A DNA stretch of 64,000 nt, taken from an uncultured Candidatus Micrarchaeota archaeon (lineage in GTDB: Archaea > Micrarchaeota > Micrarchaeia > Anstonellales > Bilamarchaeaceae). Shown piece after piece: positions 29,904 to 40,500 of the stretch (position 1 is its first letter; each line of letters opens with the position of its first letter). Made by a program: the position numbers and the translations under genes. Location: assembly GCA_963714085.1 (NCBI GenBank), contig OY970229.1:640001-704000 (forward strand). The letters are read 5' to 3'. A model generated the notes under the pieces. It was not told where the DNA came from. It made no database searches and saw only the letters and a list, made by a program, of their open reading frames with translations.

Positions 29904-30986
29904 TCATATCACCTTGGTCACCATTCTCATCAGCGTGTACGGGTCTCCGCCCAGCAGGGTCATCATGTAGCGCACGAAGGCGAGCGTGAGGAAGAGAGCG
30001 ACGAGGGGCTGCAGTATGAGGCCTATGTAGGCCTGCGAGAGCTGGTCGCTGATACGGGCGAAGCTGAGCGACTGTGTCGCGGCGCCCGCGGTGTTGGTGG
30101 ACACCATCGCCACCGCTGCGCTGAGCGTGGGATAGCAGAGCTGCTGCGCCAGGACCTGCGGGCTCCCCATGACCGGGGGCGAGTCCACCTTCACGAAGCC
30201 CGGGTCCAGAAGCACGAAGAAGACCGGGAACAGGAAGAAGAGCCCGACGCCGAGCGAGATGAACAGCGCGCCCGCGCCCCTCGTGAACTGGAACGAGCGG
30301 AGCAGTATGCCCAGCGGTATGAACATCGTCAGCATGGTGTTCTTCACGTAGAGCACCAGGAAGGACTGGGCGTCCAGCCCTATGAGCAGCACCGTGGCGA
30401 GGTTGTTCGATATGCGTATGGACTCTGTCTCCTGGAACATGCTGCCTATCCAGTCGCCCCTGAACACTGTGATCCCGAAGAACGATACCTGCATGTTGAG
30501 CAGGTTGAAGTCCAAGGCGCTGCCGCTGACGATGGCGTCCTGGATCTTCGCTATGGCCATCGCCTTCTCCTGGAGCCTGCACTGCACTATCGCGAGCATA
30601 TCCTGGAAGGATTGCGTTGCGACCTGGTCCGAGGTATCGGACGGGCCATTTATGTTTCCGGCCATGACCGGCATCTGCGTGCCGCCGCATGTGACGTAGG
30701 AGCTGCTGCTCCCCAGGACGCCGGCCACGAACGAGCCCGCGCCGGTGACGATGGTGGCGCCGCCGATGAGACACATCGCCATCAGGGCGGTTGCGATCGC
30801 CTGGAGTATCTCGGATTCGGCGTAATGCTCCAGCTCGGTCATTTTGAATGCCTTGGCGAACGCGATGAACAGGGCGTAGATGGTGACGGCTATCAGCGTG
30901 GCGAGTATGCACATGGGGAGCCAGCTGGCCCAGCTCCCGAAGAAATCCATGGCGTCAAGCAGCGGCATAACAGGCAACATAGTCAT
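29904..30986 (-). CDS. CedA/VirB6-like polytopic membrane protein, paralog 6
   Basis: YAESEILQ, PLGILLRSFQFTRGAGALFI...FP, C-terminal LLGGD. Confidence 0.75.
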   Translation of the reverse strand: MTMLPVMPLLDAMDFFGSWASWLPMCILATLIAVTIYALFIAFAKAFKMTELEHYAESEILQAIATALMAMCLIGGATIVTGAGSFVAGVLGSSSSYVTCGGTQMPVMAGNINGPSDTSDQVATQSFQDMLAIVQCRLQEKAMAIAKIQDAIVSGSALDFNLLNMQVSFFGITVFRGDWIGSMFQETESIRISNNLATVLLIGLDAQSFLVLYVKNTMLTMFIPLGILLRSFQFTRGAGALFISLGVGLFFLFPVFFVLLDPGFVKVDSPPVMGSPQVLAQQLCYPTLSAAVAMVSTNTAGAATQSLSFARISDQLSQAYIGLILQPLVALFLTLAFVRYMMTLLGGDPYTLMRMVTKVI

Positions 30987-32161
30987 CACACCATCTGGAG
31001 CAGCCTGCTCAGGTCTATCTCCTCACCGTAAATCCTCGCCAGGTAGTTCACCGAGGCCAGTGCCGCGAGCAGCGCGGCGGTCGGCAGGAACACTCCGGCT
31101 ATGAACGCGTAGGCCGCGAATGCTATCGCCCCCGCGGCGTTATCGACGCCGCCCGGGAAATATAACTTCTCGAAGTAGGCCGCCCCGCTGCTCAACGCGG
31201 CCGCCGTGGATGCGCCCAGCGCGCTGGCGCCGGCATTGTTGGGGAACACGTTCTCGTCCAGGAAGGGCGCCACATTCTGAGGCGGGCTCAGCAGCACGTC
31301 CGTCATCATCCCGAGTATCGCGAGCATGAGGGGGTATATCACCATGAACGAGAGGGCCAGGGCTATGAGCAGGGAGCCGAAGGAGCGCATGTAGGGCATG
31401 GAGCGCATGAATATGGCGAACGGGAGCAGGAACAGCACGAATCCCTTGTATATGAACATCAGTATGAACAGGAAATTGAGCGTCGTAAGGTATGCGACGA
31501 GGGTGCTGTTGAAGAACAGGTTGAGGGGGCCCATGACCGAGGAATAGGCGCCGAGGGCCGGGCCCTGGGTGCCGGAATAGGAGAAGAAGCAGCCCCACCC
31601 TATTGCCGGGATCGTGAAGACCCCGAAGACGCTTATCGGCGGCTGCCTCAGGTCGCAGCTGAACATGCTTATCTGGCTCAGGATGGTGAAGGCCTCGAGA
31701 TGGTAGCGCACCATCATGAGCGCGGTATGGCTGTAGATCAGCGTATTGGTGAGGTACGCCTGCGCCGCGGAGTACACCGAGCCGGAGTAGTCCGAACCGA
31801 TGGGCACCCCGAATATGGACGCCACGTCGCCCATGTTTATCGCGCAGAAGGAGTCCACCAGGAAGAGCAGGAGCGCCACTGAGGCCACGGACATGAGTAT
31901 CTGGATTATCTCCCCTTTGGCCCAGACGGTCACCTTGGGATTGCTTATGATCTGGCCTATGTAATAGCCGAACACTATGATCATTATGCCGGCCGCGCTT
32001 GCGATCGCGCATATGTCCAGTATCGGTCCGTTGAGGATCGTGTCGAATCCCGGGGAGCACACCTCGGTCCCTTCGATCGGCGGCGTAGCCGGTGGCACGG
32101 CCGCGTGCAGGGCGCTTATCAGCAGGAGGAGGAACGCGAGGAGGAGGATGTGTTTCGCCAT
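30986..32161 (-). CDS. CedA/VirB6-like polytopic membrane protein, paralog 5
   Basis: Signal peptide, WAKGEIIQ, PFAIFMRSMPYMRSFGSLLIA...YP, YGEEID. Confidence 0.75.
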   Translation of the reverse strand: MAKHILLLAFLLLLISALHAAVPPATPPIEGTEVCSPGFDTILNGPILDICAIASAAGIMIIVFGYYIGQIISNPKVTVWAKGEIIQILMSVASVALLLFLVDSFCAINMGDVASIFGVPIGSDYSGSVYSAAQAYLTNTLIYSHTALMMVRYHLEAFTILSQISMFSCDLRQPPISVFGVFTIPAIGWGCFFSYSGTQGPALGAYSSVMGPLNLFFNSTLVAYLTTLNFLFILMFIYKGFVLFLLPFAIFMRSMPYMRSFGSLLIALALSFMVIYPLMLAILGMMTDVLLSPPQNVAPFLDENVFPNNAGASALGASTAAALSSGAAYFEKLYFPGGVDNAAGAIAFAAYAFIAGVFLPTAALLAALASVNYLARIYGEEIDLSRLLQMV

Positions 32162-33139
32162 TCAGACCACCCTCGACAGCGCGCTCACGTCGACCTCCGC
32201 TCCGGCGAGCGAGGTTATGGCCCTTATGCCAGCGCTCATCATGAGCACCGCGACGACGGGGCCCAGCGTGGCTTTCACGAATATCAGGTACATGTAGGAC
32301 TTTATCGCGGTCCTGAGCGAATTGTACACTTTTATGGCGGCGTCCGAATTGCCGTCACCGACGTCGCCCGGCGTGCATGAGGGGCTGATGCCGCTCAGGC
32401 TCCCGCTCCCGGGCTGGTAGCCGGCCGCGTCCGGGCTGGCCAGGAACGACTTGCCGAGTATGTCAACGAAGACTATGCCCATGGGCAGCAGGAGGTAGAG
32501 GGAGATGGCCAGCGCGATGAGGAAGCCGCCCGCGCCGCGCGTGAACCTGAAGGTGCGCAGCACGATGCCCAGCGGCAGGATCAGGTTCAGCCCGTAATTG
32601 ACCGCGATGTCTATCAGCCGGTAGGCCGCGTTCAGCTCGCCCAGCGCGAAGCCCATGATGGTGCCTGCCAGCGAGAACGGGCCCGCGAGCATGGAGAACC
32701 CGCCGCATCCGGACACGGAGTATCCTATGCCCTGGAGGTTGCAGGAGAGCATCTGGGAGCCCTGTATGCCCGCGTTCTTGTCCACCGCGCGCACGTCGTC
32801 ATATGCCGAGGACAAGTCGGTTATGGAGGTGTTCAGGCTGTCGAGGGCGGCCAGCTGCAGCGTGGGCGCTCCCTGGGTGAGGTCCGAATTCGTTGACAGC
32901 CCGTCTATGAAACTGTTCGCGCCGTAGAAGACCGCGATCATGATGGCGAGCGCGATGAGCTGGTAGACCTCGTCCTTGGCCAGCGCGGTGAGGGCGTCGA
33001 CGCCGAAGCCGAACCCTATCATGTACACCACCGCGACCAGTATGAGGGATGTGAGGATGGCCAGGGCTGCCGTGTCCTGCCATGCGGCGAAGCTGGCGGA
33101 CACCAGCAGGAACAGCGCCAGCAATGCCTTTCCCTTCAT
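32162..33139 (-). CDS. CedA/VirB6-like polytopic membrane protein, paralog 4
   Basis: LAKDEVYQ, PLGIVLRTFRFTRGAGGFLIA...LP, AGAEVD. Confidence 0.75.
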   Translation of the reverse strand: MKGKALLALFLLVSASFAAWQDTAALAILTSLILVAVVYMIGFGFGVDALTALAKDEVYQLIALAIMIAVFYGANSFIDGLSTNSDLTQGAPTLQLAALDSLNTSITDLSSAYDDVRAVDKNAGIQGSQMLSCNLQGIGYSVSGCGGFSMLAGPFSLAGTIMGFALGELNAAYRLIDIAVNYGLNLILPLGIVLRTFRFTRGAGGFLIALAISLYLLLPMGIVFVDILGKSFLASPDAAGYQPGSGSLSGISPSCTPGDVGDGNSDAAIKVYNSLRTAIKSYMYLIFVKATLGPVVAVLMMSAGIRAITSLAGAEVDVSALSRVV

Positions 33140-33148
33140 AATATCGCC

Positions 33149-35281
33149 TCAGAATATCCTTGACATGCCCGGGATCTCCACGTCCCCGCCAAGCATCTCG
33201 GAGAGGGACTTTATCACTATGAGCGTCGCTGCTATGTTCAGCAGCGGAAGCAGGTAGGCCGGCCCCATGAACTTGGCCACAGACTGTATCTCCTGCGCGC
33301 CGACCATGCCCTCGGCCCCTATCTGGGTATACGCGCCGGACGTCTTGGACGGCCCGCTGTCCGAAGGCGCGCACAGGTTCGTGCATTCGGTGTCTATCGG
33401 AGGGTTGTAGGTGTACGACTCCTGGCTGGTCGCGCACGTGTCGCATGAGCTGTAAGGCACCTGCACCCGATAATCCAGGGGGCAGCTCGTGGGGGAGCAG
33501 TCCTCGTGTATAACCCAAAAGTCGAAGTCAGTGAGGTATAGGGCCGGGAGGTTCGTGCCGATTATCCTCATATCCTCCGGGCAGGTGCTGCAATTGATGC
33601 TGTCCGTGGGGGCCTTCGCCTCTATGGCGGCCAGCGGCACCTTGCACGTGTCAGGGCATTGCTTGCACGAGACGCCGTCCTCGCTGTCATTGCTGCAGTA
33701 TTCCGGGAGTATCTTCGACATGTCGGACGTGCCGTTGTTCATCCTGCACTCCTCCGGGCATCCGGTGCACAGGTCGTCGCACGAGCCGAAATTGGGCATC
33801 ACCCAGACGCAGCTCTGGTTCGCGTCCAGGCTCGCGATGCAGTCCTTGGGATACGTGTTGCAGCGGCTGGCGTTCGCGACGCTCGGGTCCACGGAGGGCC
33901 TCCAACTCAGGTCGCTCACCTCCGCCACCCTGCAGTCGAACCTCGACTGCAGGCAGTTGCCTCCTGACTTGTTCCCGTTATTGGCGTTCAGATCGCAGTC
34001 GCTCCTCAGCGGCGGGACTATCTTGCACTCGCTGGGGCATGCGGCCGCCTCGGTGGTGTTGATATGCACGATTATGCGGGTCACCTTGCATTCCGCTGGA
34101 AGCGCCGCGCATGCGAACTGCTGGGTGTAGTTCGCGCACAGGTTGGAGCCTGCCGGGTAGGGAAGATCCCTGCAGGAGCGGTCGCAAGCAATGTCACACT
34201 GACCGTTTCCTCCGCAGCTCGGATCGGTTATATGCACGGTCCAGTTCTCGCAGGAGGTCACGTTTACGCCGGAGTTGTTGAGCATGGAGTGGGTGTTGCC
34301 GAGTATGAGGTCCCTGACGGCGTCTGTCTGCGAGTCGTCGAACAGGGCGTATACCTGCGTGGTGGTGTTCAGGGCCACCGTCTCGCCGCCCTGCTTGTAA
34401 AAGGCGATCGGAGCCACGTAGCTGCATTCCGCTGGGCAGAAGCTGGGGAGCGTACTGCTCGCGTCCCCGGTTATCGTCATGTCGAGGCTCATCCAGTCGA
34501 AGATGTACATGGCCGGGAAGAAGAACATCACTCCCACGGCGATTGCTATGAGGAGGCCGCCTACCTTGCGCGATATGAAGAACGACCGCGCCACTATGCC
34601 CAGCGCGAGAAGGAGCGGCGCGACCTTGAAGCATATCTCGCTCACGAAGAATACCTGGGAGTATAGCGAGGACAGCACGCCCTGGTAGTACTCGAAGACC
34701 AGGCCGTACCTGTCGGCATCCAGTATGTAATTGGCCCAGAGCGACCATGTCACCCCGGCCTCCGCGCACCATACCGAGTAGCAGTAGATCCCGAAGCGCC
34801 TGTTCGCCCAAGCGGTGGCCACCAGGTCCTGGTGCAGCACGTTCTTCGCACCGTCCTGCGCGATTCCTATGTAGTCGCTCAGGTAGGCGTTCGCGGTCTT
34901 GTTCAGGCAGTTCTCGCCGGGGACGCAGTGGAGGCCTCCTATGCCGGAGGCGTTCACCATGGTCATGGTCGTGACATCCATGAGCGCGACTACGCCTATG
35001 AGCGCGATCACGATGATCGCGTTCGCGAACACCTGGCCAAGCTCGCTCCTAGCCCAGGCCTGCATCTCGGGCAGCTCGAATCCTATACCCACCATGTAGC
35101 CGATGCCCACGAGCACGGTGGATAACACGAGGGCGATCACCGAGATGGACTGCCAGTTGTTGAACAGCTCGAACGCGGAGCTGGACGGAGCCTGCTGCAC
35201 GACCTGGGTGACGTTCTGGGCGAGCGCCGTGGCTGATAGCAGCAGAAGGACGATCGCCAGCGTGAGTCTGTGCTTCATCAT
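33149..35281 (-). CDS. CedA/VirB6-like membrane protein with large Cys-rich insertion, paralog 3
   Basis: WARSELGQ, LGIVARSFFISRKVGGLLIA...FP, repeated CPxxC, LGGDVE. Confidence 0.75.
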   Translation of the reverse strand: MMKHRLTLAIVLLLLSATALAQNVTQVVQQAPSSSAFELFNNWQSISVIALVLSTVLVGIGYMVGIGFELPEMQAWARSELGQVFANAIIVIALIGVVALMDVTTMTMVNASGIGGLHCVPGENCLNKTANAYLSDYIGIAQDGAKNVLHQDLVATAWANRRFGIYCYSVWCAEAGVTWSLWANYILDADRYGLVFEYYQGVLSSLYSQVFFVSEICFKVAPLLLALGIVARSFFISRKVGGLLIAIAVGVMFFFPAMYIFDWMSLDMTITGDASSTLPSFCPAECSYVAPIAFYKQGGETVALNTTTQVYALFDDSQTDAVRDLILGNTHSMLNNSGVNVTSCENWTVHITDPSCGGNGQCDIACDRSCRDLPYPAGSNLCANYTQQFACAALPAECKVTRIIVHINTTEAAACPSECKIVPPLRSDCDLNANNGNKSGGNCLQSRFDCRVAEVSDLSWRPSVDPSVANASRCNTYPKDCIASLDANQSCVWVMPNFGSCDDLCTGCPEECRMNNGTSDMSKILPEYCSNDSEDGVSCKQCPDTCKVPLAAIEAKAPTDSINCSTCPEDMRIIGTNLPALYLTDFDFWVIHEDCSPTSCPLDYRVQVPYSSCDTCATSQESYTYNPPIDTECTNLCAPSDSGPSKTSGAYTQIGAEGMVGAQEIQSVAKFMGPAYLLPLLNIAATLIVIKSLSEMLGGDVEIPGMSRIF

Positions 35282-35282
35282 G

Positions 35283-36245
35283 TCACCCTAGTGCCCGCAA
35301 TGCTTTGTTAGTTGCAGCGATGAAGGTTATGAACATTGCCATTGTGAGGTTCGGCAGGAAGAACGCCTGCGGTATCAGCCTCCCCACGTTCCAGAACCCG
35401 TAGGTGGCGCAGCCCGGGCCGAACACGAAATCGTTGACGCCGGCGGCGAACGTGCTGCAGTTCTGGCCCATTATGTCGTACATGGACAGGTTGAACGCGT
35501 ACATGAAGGGCACGAGCACGTAGAGCCCCACAGCCACGGCGATGAGCATGTTGCCCATGTTGCGGAAGGGGGGTATCACCCTGAAGAGGAACGCTATGGG
35601 CAGCACCCAGGTTATCACGTTGCTGTTTATGAATTCCAGGACCATCTTCTGCATGTTGATGCTGATGAGCGCGGGCAGCACGAAGCTGTTCATCACCATG
35701 TCGTACTGCTGGGCATGCACCTTGAGGTAGCTGTCCGCCACCGCGGTGTACGCGTCCATCAAGGGAATCTGGACCGTGAATGCGAATGTGGACTGCATCA
35801 TGAGCTGTATGTTCTGGTTGATGTAGTACTGGGCGATGTTGTCCGCGTCGTCCTGCGCCATTTTGATGTAGCACATGGAGGTCGCGTTCATGTTGCCTTG
35901 CACGTAGCACGAGAGGGTCCCCATCTTGGACATTGTGGAATCGAAGAAATAGTTCATGGTCTGGCAGGAGACGAGCAGTATGCCGGAGAAGCCGATGAGC
36001 AGCAGGATCGAGAAGAACAGATGGTAGAGCTCGTCCTTTGCCAGCACGGTGAGCCCGGAGTTGCTCGTGATGCTGCCGCCCGCGTACGCGACCGCGATTA
36101 TCATCACCGTCAGGCTGAATGCCGCGACTATCGCCGCCCCCTGGCCGTTCACCGGATCCAGTATCGCCTGGGTGGCATTGCCTATGCAGGACGATGCGGA
36201 GAACACCGCGGGCATCAGGAGAAGGAGCAGCAGCAGGCGCCTCAT
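35283..36245 (-). CDS. CedA/VirB6-like polytopic membrane protein, paralog 2
   Basis: Signal peptide MRRLLLL, LAKDELYH, PIAFLFRVIPPFRNMGNMLIA...VP. Confidence 0.75.
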   Translation of the reverse strand: MRRLLLLLLLMPAVFSASSCIGNATQAILDPVNGQGAAIVAAFSLTVMIIAVAYAGGSITSNSGLTVLAKDELYHLFFSILLLIGFSGILLVSCQTMNYFFDSTMSKMGTLSCYVQGNMNATSMCYIKMAQDDADNIAQYYINQNIQLMMQSTFAFTVQIPLMDAYTAVADSYLKVHAQQYDMVMNSFVLPALISINMQKMVLEFINSNVITWVLPIAFLFRVIPPFRNMGNMLIAVAVGLYVLVPFMYAFNLSMYDIMGQNCSTFAAGVNDFVFGPGCATYGFWNVGRLIPQAFFLPNLTMAMFITFIAATNKALRALG

Positions 36246-37450
36246 CACACAAACCTCTGTATCCCGGCTAGATACCATTCGCCGCCGAGCGCAGTCGAGA
36301 TGCTGCGCGCCCCGGACATGGTTATTATCGCTATCACTATGGTGTCGAGGTAGCTGAGCAGGATGGCGTTGTTAACGTTGCTCAGGAAGGTCACGAGCAC
36401 TCCGAACGCCTGGTCAGTGTAGCCGACGCCCTCCCCGGCGAACGCGATCCAGGCCCCGAGGGCGGTGTCGTAGCTGACCTGCAGGCCTATCATGAGGAGG
36501 GGGTATACGACGTACTGCACCAGGTCCTGGCATGGCAGGAAGAATCCGGCTGTCCAGGGGGTCAGAAGGAGCGGCAGGCACACCACTATGGAGAAGAGGA
36601 GGTCGTTGAGCGAGAGGAGCACGCGTATGGGCATGAGCTCGCAGAACGGCTGCGCCACGGTCATCGCCCACGTGCCCGGGTCCAGCTGGTCCAGCTGGGA
36701 GCTGGTCAGGTATGCCTTCGGATAGTCGATGACCTTGTTCGTCTCTCCGATCAGGATGACCGAGAACGGCACGAGCACCATGCCCGCGAGGCAGATGGCG
36801 ACCAGCGTGTTCCCGGTTTTCCGCGTGAACGGGATCATGCGGAGGGAGAGCGAGACGGGCAGCAGCACCGCGGGCACGGCAGTGGCGCAGAATTTGAGGA
36901 TGAACAGCAGGCCCTCGTAGATGAAGATGCTGTTCGCGATGCCGCTGGTCGCTGAGGTGAGCGAGGAGAAAAGCGGGGCCACGCCGCCCAGCGGGGACGT
37001 CGAGTATGTCAGGCCCACTACGTACAGGGGGACGCTGATGTATGGGGAATACGTCGCAGCGGCCCTTATCTTGGTCGCGGCCCTTATGATGTCGTCGAAC
37101 GACCGGTCCAACCCGGTCGTCTGGTTAGTCATGAGGTTGGTTATGACGTCCTGCGAAGCGGTCAGGTAATCTCCCTGACCGGTTATCGCCTTCGTCAGGC
37201 TCGTGGAGCCCACGAAGAACGCGTATATGAGCGCCGCGAGTATCACGCCGGCGATGAGCTCCCGGAGCTCGTTCTTGGACCAGGCCTCCAGCTGGGGCGA
37301 TGAGACCGCGGTGGAGAGCATCATCATCAGTGCGAGGAATATGGCCACCAGCACGGCCGTGATCGGCACTATTGACGTGAAGTCGGGGCCGGATGCGAAT
37401 GAGAGTCCGAGCACGATTAGCAATAGCAATAGGTGCCTGAACGGACGCAT
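36245..37450 (-). CDS. CedA/VirB6-like polytopic membrane protein, paralog 1
   Basis: Signal peptide, WSKNELRE, PVSLSLRMIPFTRKTGNTLVA...VP, LGGE. Confidence 0.75.
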   Translation of the reverse strand: MRPFRHLLLLLIVLGLSFASGPDFTSIVPITAVLVAIFLALMMMLSTAVSSPQLEAWSKNELRELIAGVILAALIYAFFVGSTSLTKAITGQGDYLTASQDVITNLMTNQTTGLDRSFDDIIRAATKIRAAATYSPYISVPLYVVGLTYSTSPLGGVAPLFSSLTSATSGIANSIFIYEGLLFILKFCATAVPAVLLPVSLSLRMIPFTRKTGNTLVAICLAGMVLVPFSVILIGETNKVIDYPKAYLTSSQLDQLDPGTWAMTVAQPFCELMPIRVLLSLNDLLFSIVVCLPLLLTPWTAGFFLPCQDLVQYVVYPLLMIGLQVSYDTALGAWIAFAGEGVGYTDQAFGVLVTFLSNVNNAILLSYLDTIVIAIITMSGARSISTALGGEWYLAGIQRFV

Positions 37451-37500
37451 GCTAACATCTCCATGGTAATGATTAAAATGCTTGTTCCTGATAGTTCATT
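37451..37500. promoter_or_regulatory. Compact bidirectional promoter of the membrane-protein locus
   Basis: 50-nt gap; a single ATTAAAA/TTTTAAT box ~22 nt from both start codons. Confidence 0.5.
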
Positions 37501-40500
37501 ATGCGGACGAGACTGCTTTTTGTGGCATTGCTGGTTTTAGTAGCGCTGATGGCCCGGCCGATCATGGCCGACTGCACGATCCCTGGCACCGACTGCCCGG
37601 CGTGCAGCGAGACGAACGGCGTGCCCCAGGCGCAGATGTTCCTCAAGGTGAATTCCGCGAATGAGTCGCTCGTCGGCACCTTTTTCTACGAGAACATCTC
37701 CGACGAGGCGAATCCCAGGCCGCTGCTCGTGGACGCGCCCGTGATAGTGGAGATGTACAACAACACCGTAGACAAGACATACCGCATATACACGGACGCG
37801 AACGGCAAGGCGGTGTTCGACTTCTCGGCGTACGCAGGAGCATGCATGAACTTCAAGGTCATGTACTGCCCCTTCGCATGCACCACCGGTCCCTCAAAGT
37901 CGGACTGCGGGTTCCAGAACTGCCTCAATTACTCCGGCATACCGTGCAGCCCGGGCACGTGCCTGGCCTCATGCACAGCAGGGAGCGTATTGGACGCCCC
38001 TAACATCCAAGCTCCGCAGACCCCGCAGTGCTACATCCTGCTACCGACCATGGACACCGCGAGCTACTGCCCGCCGCCGCCCCCGATCAGCAGCGTGCCG
38101 GCGATATGCTTCCCGCTGCTGCTCATATTCGCTGTGCTCGGAGGCGGGCTTTTCCTCAGCGGGAAGAATCCGTTCGGGGGCTTCGACTTCACCACTCCGA
38201 GGACCGGGAAGCACATAAGGTACGAGGCCAAAGGCAGGGGGCTCGGGGTGAGCGCGCCGAACGTAGTCACCCAGAAGATACACGAAACCGGAAACAAGCT
38301 CGCGACAGCCGGCGCGAAGAAATTAGCTGGCGGAGCCGCTTCACTGATGGCAGGAGGCGGCAAAAAGGGAGCGGCCGCATCCGCGTCTGTCGCAGGACAC
38401 ATAGAAATGAAGCAAGCAGGAGGACAGAGAGGAGGCGGCATGGTCACGATGGCCGGCGGCAGGACGATGGCGACGGGAAGCCCTGCTGAAAGGTTTGGCG
38501 GTTTCGGGAAGGTCCTGGGCCTTGTCGGTTATGGGATCAAGGGGACTGTACAGGCCATAAGCGGGAATACCACCGGCGCGAAAGCCACATTCATGAAAAG
38601 CTCGATGATATCCCAGAGCGTGGGCGGCATCAAGAGCATGGTTAATACCAACAGGGCCGTGAATAAGGCTATGGCGAATGCCGCTTCGGCCAACCCCATC
38701 GTCTACACTCCGGTGGCATGGGCGATGCTCATCTCAACGCTGAAGAACGCCCAGGACGTGAATGATGGGAAGAAAACCCAGGCCGGATTGGGCTCGATCG
38801 TATCCCAGCTCATGAATGTCAAAAAAGGGAAGGCAGGCGCCAAGACAACCATAGATAATTCCAAGACAGTGACGGTGAAAGAAAACCCCGCGGATCCAAA
38901 TAGCAAGAATGTGAACAAGGTCGTATACGAGATGACAGTAGGGGGCAAAAAGGTGGTGGCGACGCTCGATGAGGCCTCCCTGCGCCTCGGCAAATTCAAC
39001 GGGACTGTGACTGTCGGAAACAAGACAGTCAATATAGAAGAAGGCAAGGTTGTAAGCGGCTGGAACGAGCTGGGCGGCAAGGACAGGAACGCGGTGACAG
39101 ACAGGGTCAGCATCAGCGAGGTCAGGCAGCTGGTGGATGGGGATAAGACCGCCAAAAAAGAGCTCGAGAAAACTGGCACGACCACGGTCACGCTGGGCAG
39201 TGGAGAGACGATAAAGGTCTCGGTCGCTGCCGATAAGGAAGGCAAGTTCAGCGCATCCGCGATCAGCGATGAGAAAGGCACCAAGGGCAGTTTCACCATA
39301 ACGACCTCGGATGAGCGGGTGACCTTCGTCAAAGACGGCAAACCCACGACGCCTATTGGCGAGAGACTCGACATGACCGAGATCACGGGCAAGCTGAGGA
39401 GCGAGGGCGCCATGAGCGATATCGCGGAATCCGGCAAGACCACGATCAAGCTGGAAAGCGGGGAGAAGGTGACGGTCATAGCCGCGGATGTCGCTTCCCT
39501 GGATAGCGGCAAGTTCAGCATAAAGACAGACGATGACAAGATAGTGGTGGTCGATACCAGCAAGAAGGATCCGAACACTGGCAAGCCGGATCCAATCGTA
39601 TCCGTGGGCACGTCCATAACCGGAGCCAGTGATCTGGCCGCGACCGGGAAGGAGTTGGGCATGCCTGCCATCACCGCCACGCTCACTGCTGCGGTGACCA
39701 TGGAAAGCAGGTTCAGCTCAAACGAGTACGGCGGCGCGGTCACGGTGGTGACGAACCCGCTCGGCTCGCCGGACGACTATACGGTCATAAGGCCCCGAGA
39801 CAATGACGACTTGAAAGGCGTGGCGTTCGAGGTCGTTGATGGGAAGGTCAAGACGATAACCGACAATAGCACCGGCGAGTCCCTGAAGGCAGACAGCACG
39901 ACCGGGATCAAGGTGGGCTCGGGCGCACCCGGATACATACCGGACAAGGTGGCCGCACTCGGCGCATCCGTGGTGCAGGTGCAGATGGCGGGCCAGGACC
40001 TGGCGAACGATACCATGAGACTCGAAAAGTCGCTCCACGACATCCGCGTGACCGACTCCGTGAGCAGCGCCAACGGAGGGGCACCGGAAGAGGTGAGGGA
40101 TTACCTCAGCGAGCACCCCGAGGTGCACGCGACGATTATCCAGCAAGCGCACGAGGATGCGATAGAGACAATGGCGAGGAAGGATTATCCGGAAAAGGCG
40201 GATGAATTCAGGGCAGCGAACCAGCAGTTTGAGAAGGACAGGCAGACCATGGGTTCTGAGGCGGCATACGACAAGGATCTGAAGCCGGTCACGGAAAAGC
40301 CATTCGAAGAGTTTGCAGCGAGGTCCGTCAGGGAAGAGACAAGCTCGCAGGGAGCGAGATACGCCGAACTCGTCAACAAGCCGGAGATCAGCGAGGGCCT
40401 CAGTTACGATGAGATCGCGAAAATGAAGGCGGATACGAAGCCGTATGGTGCGGCGATGGCAGCGGCCGCGGCGACCGAGCTCCAGTCCGGAGCCAGGAGC

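Noticed and set aside
29904..37500. VirB2/CedA1-like small pilin gene within the array
   Set aside because: The intergenic gaps (0-50 nt) leave no room; any pilin must be encoded elsewhere.
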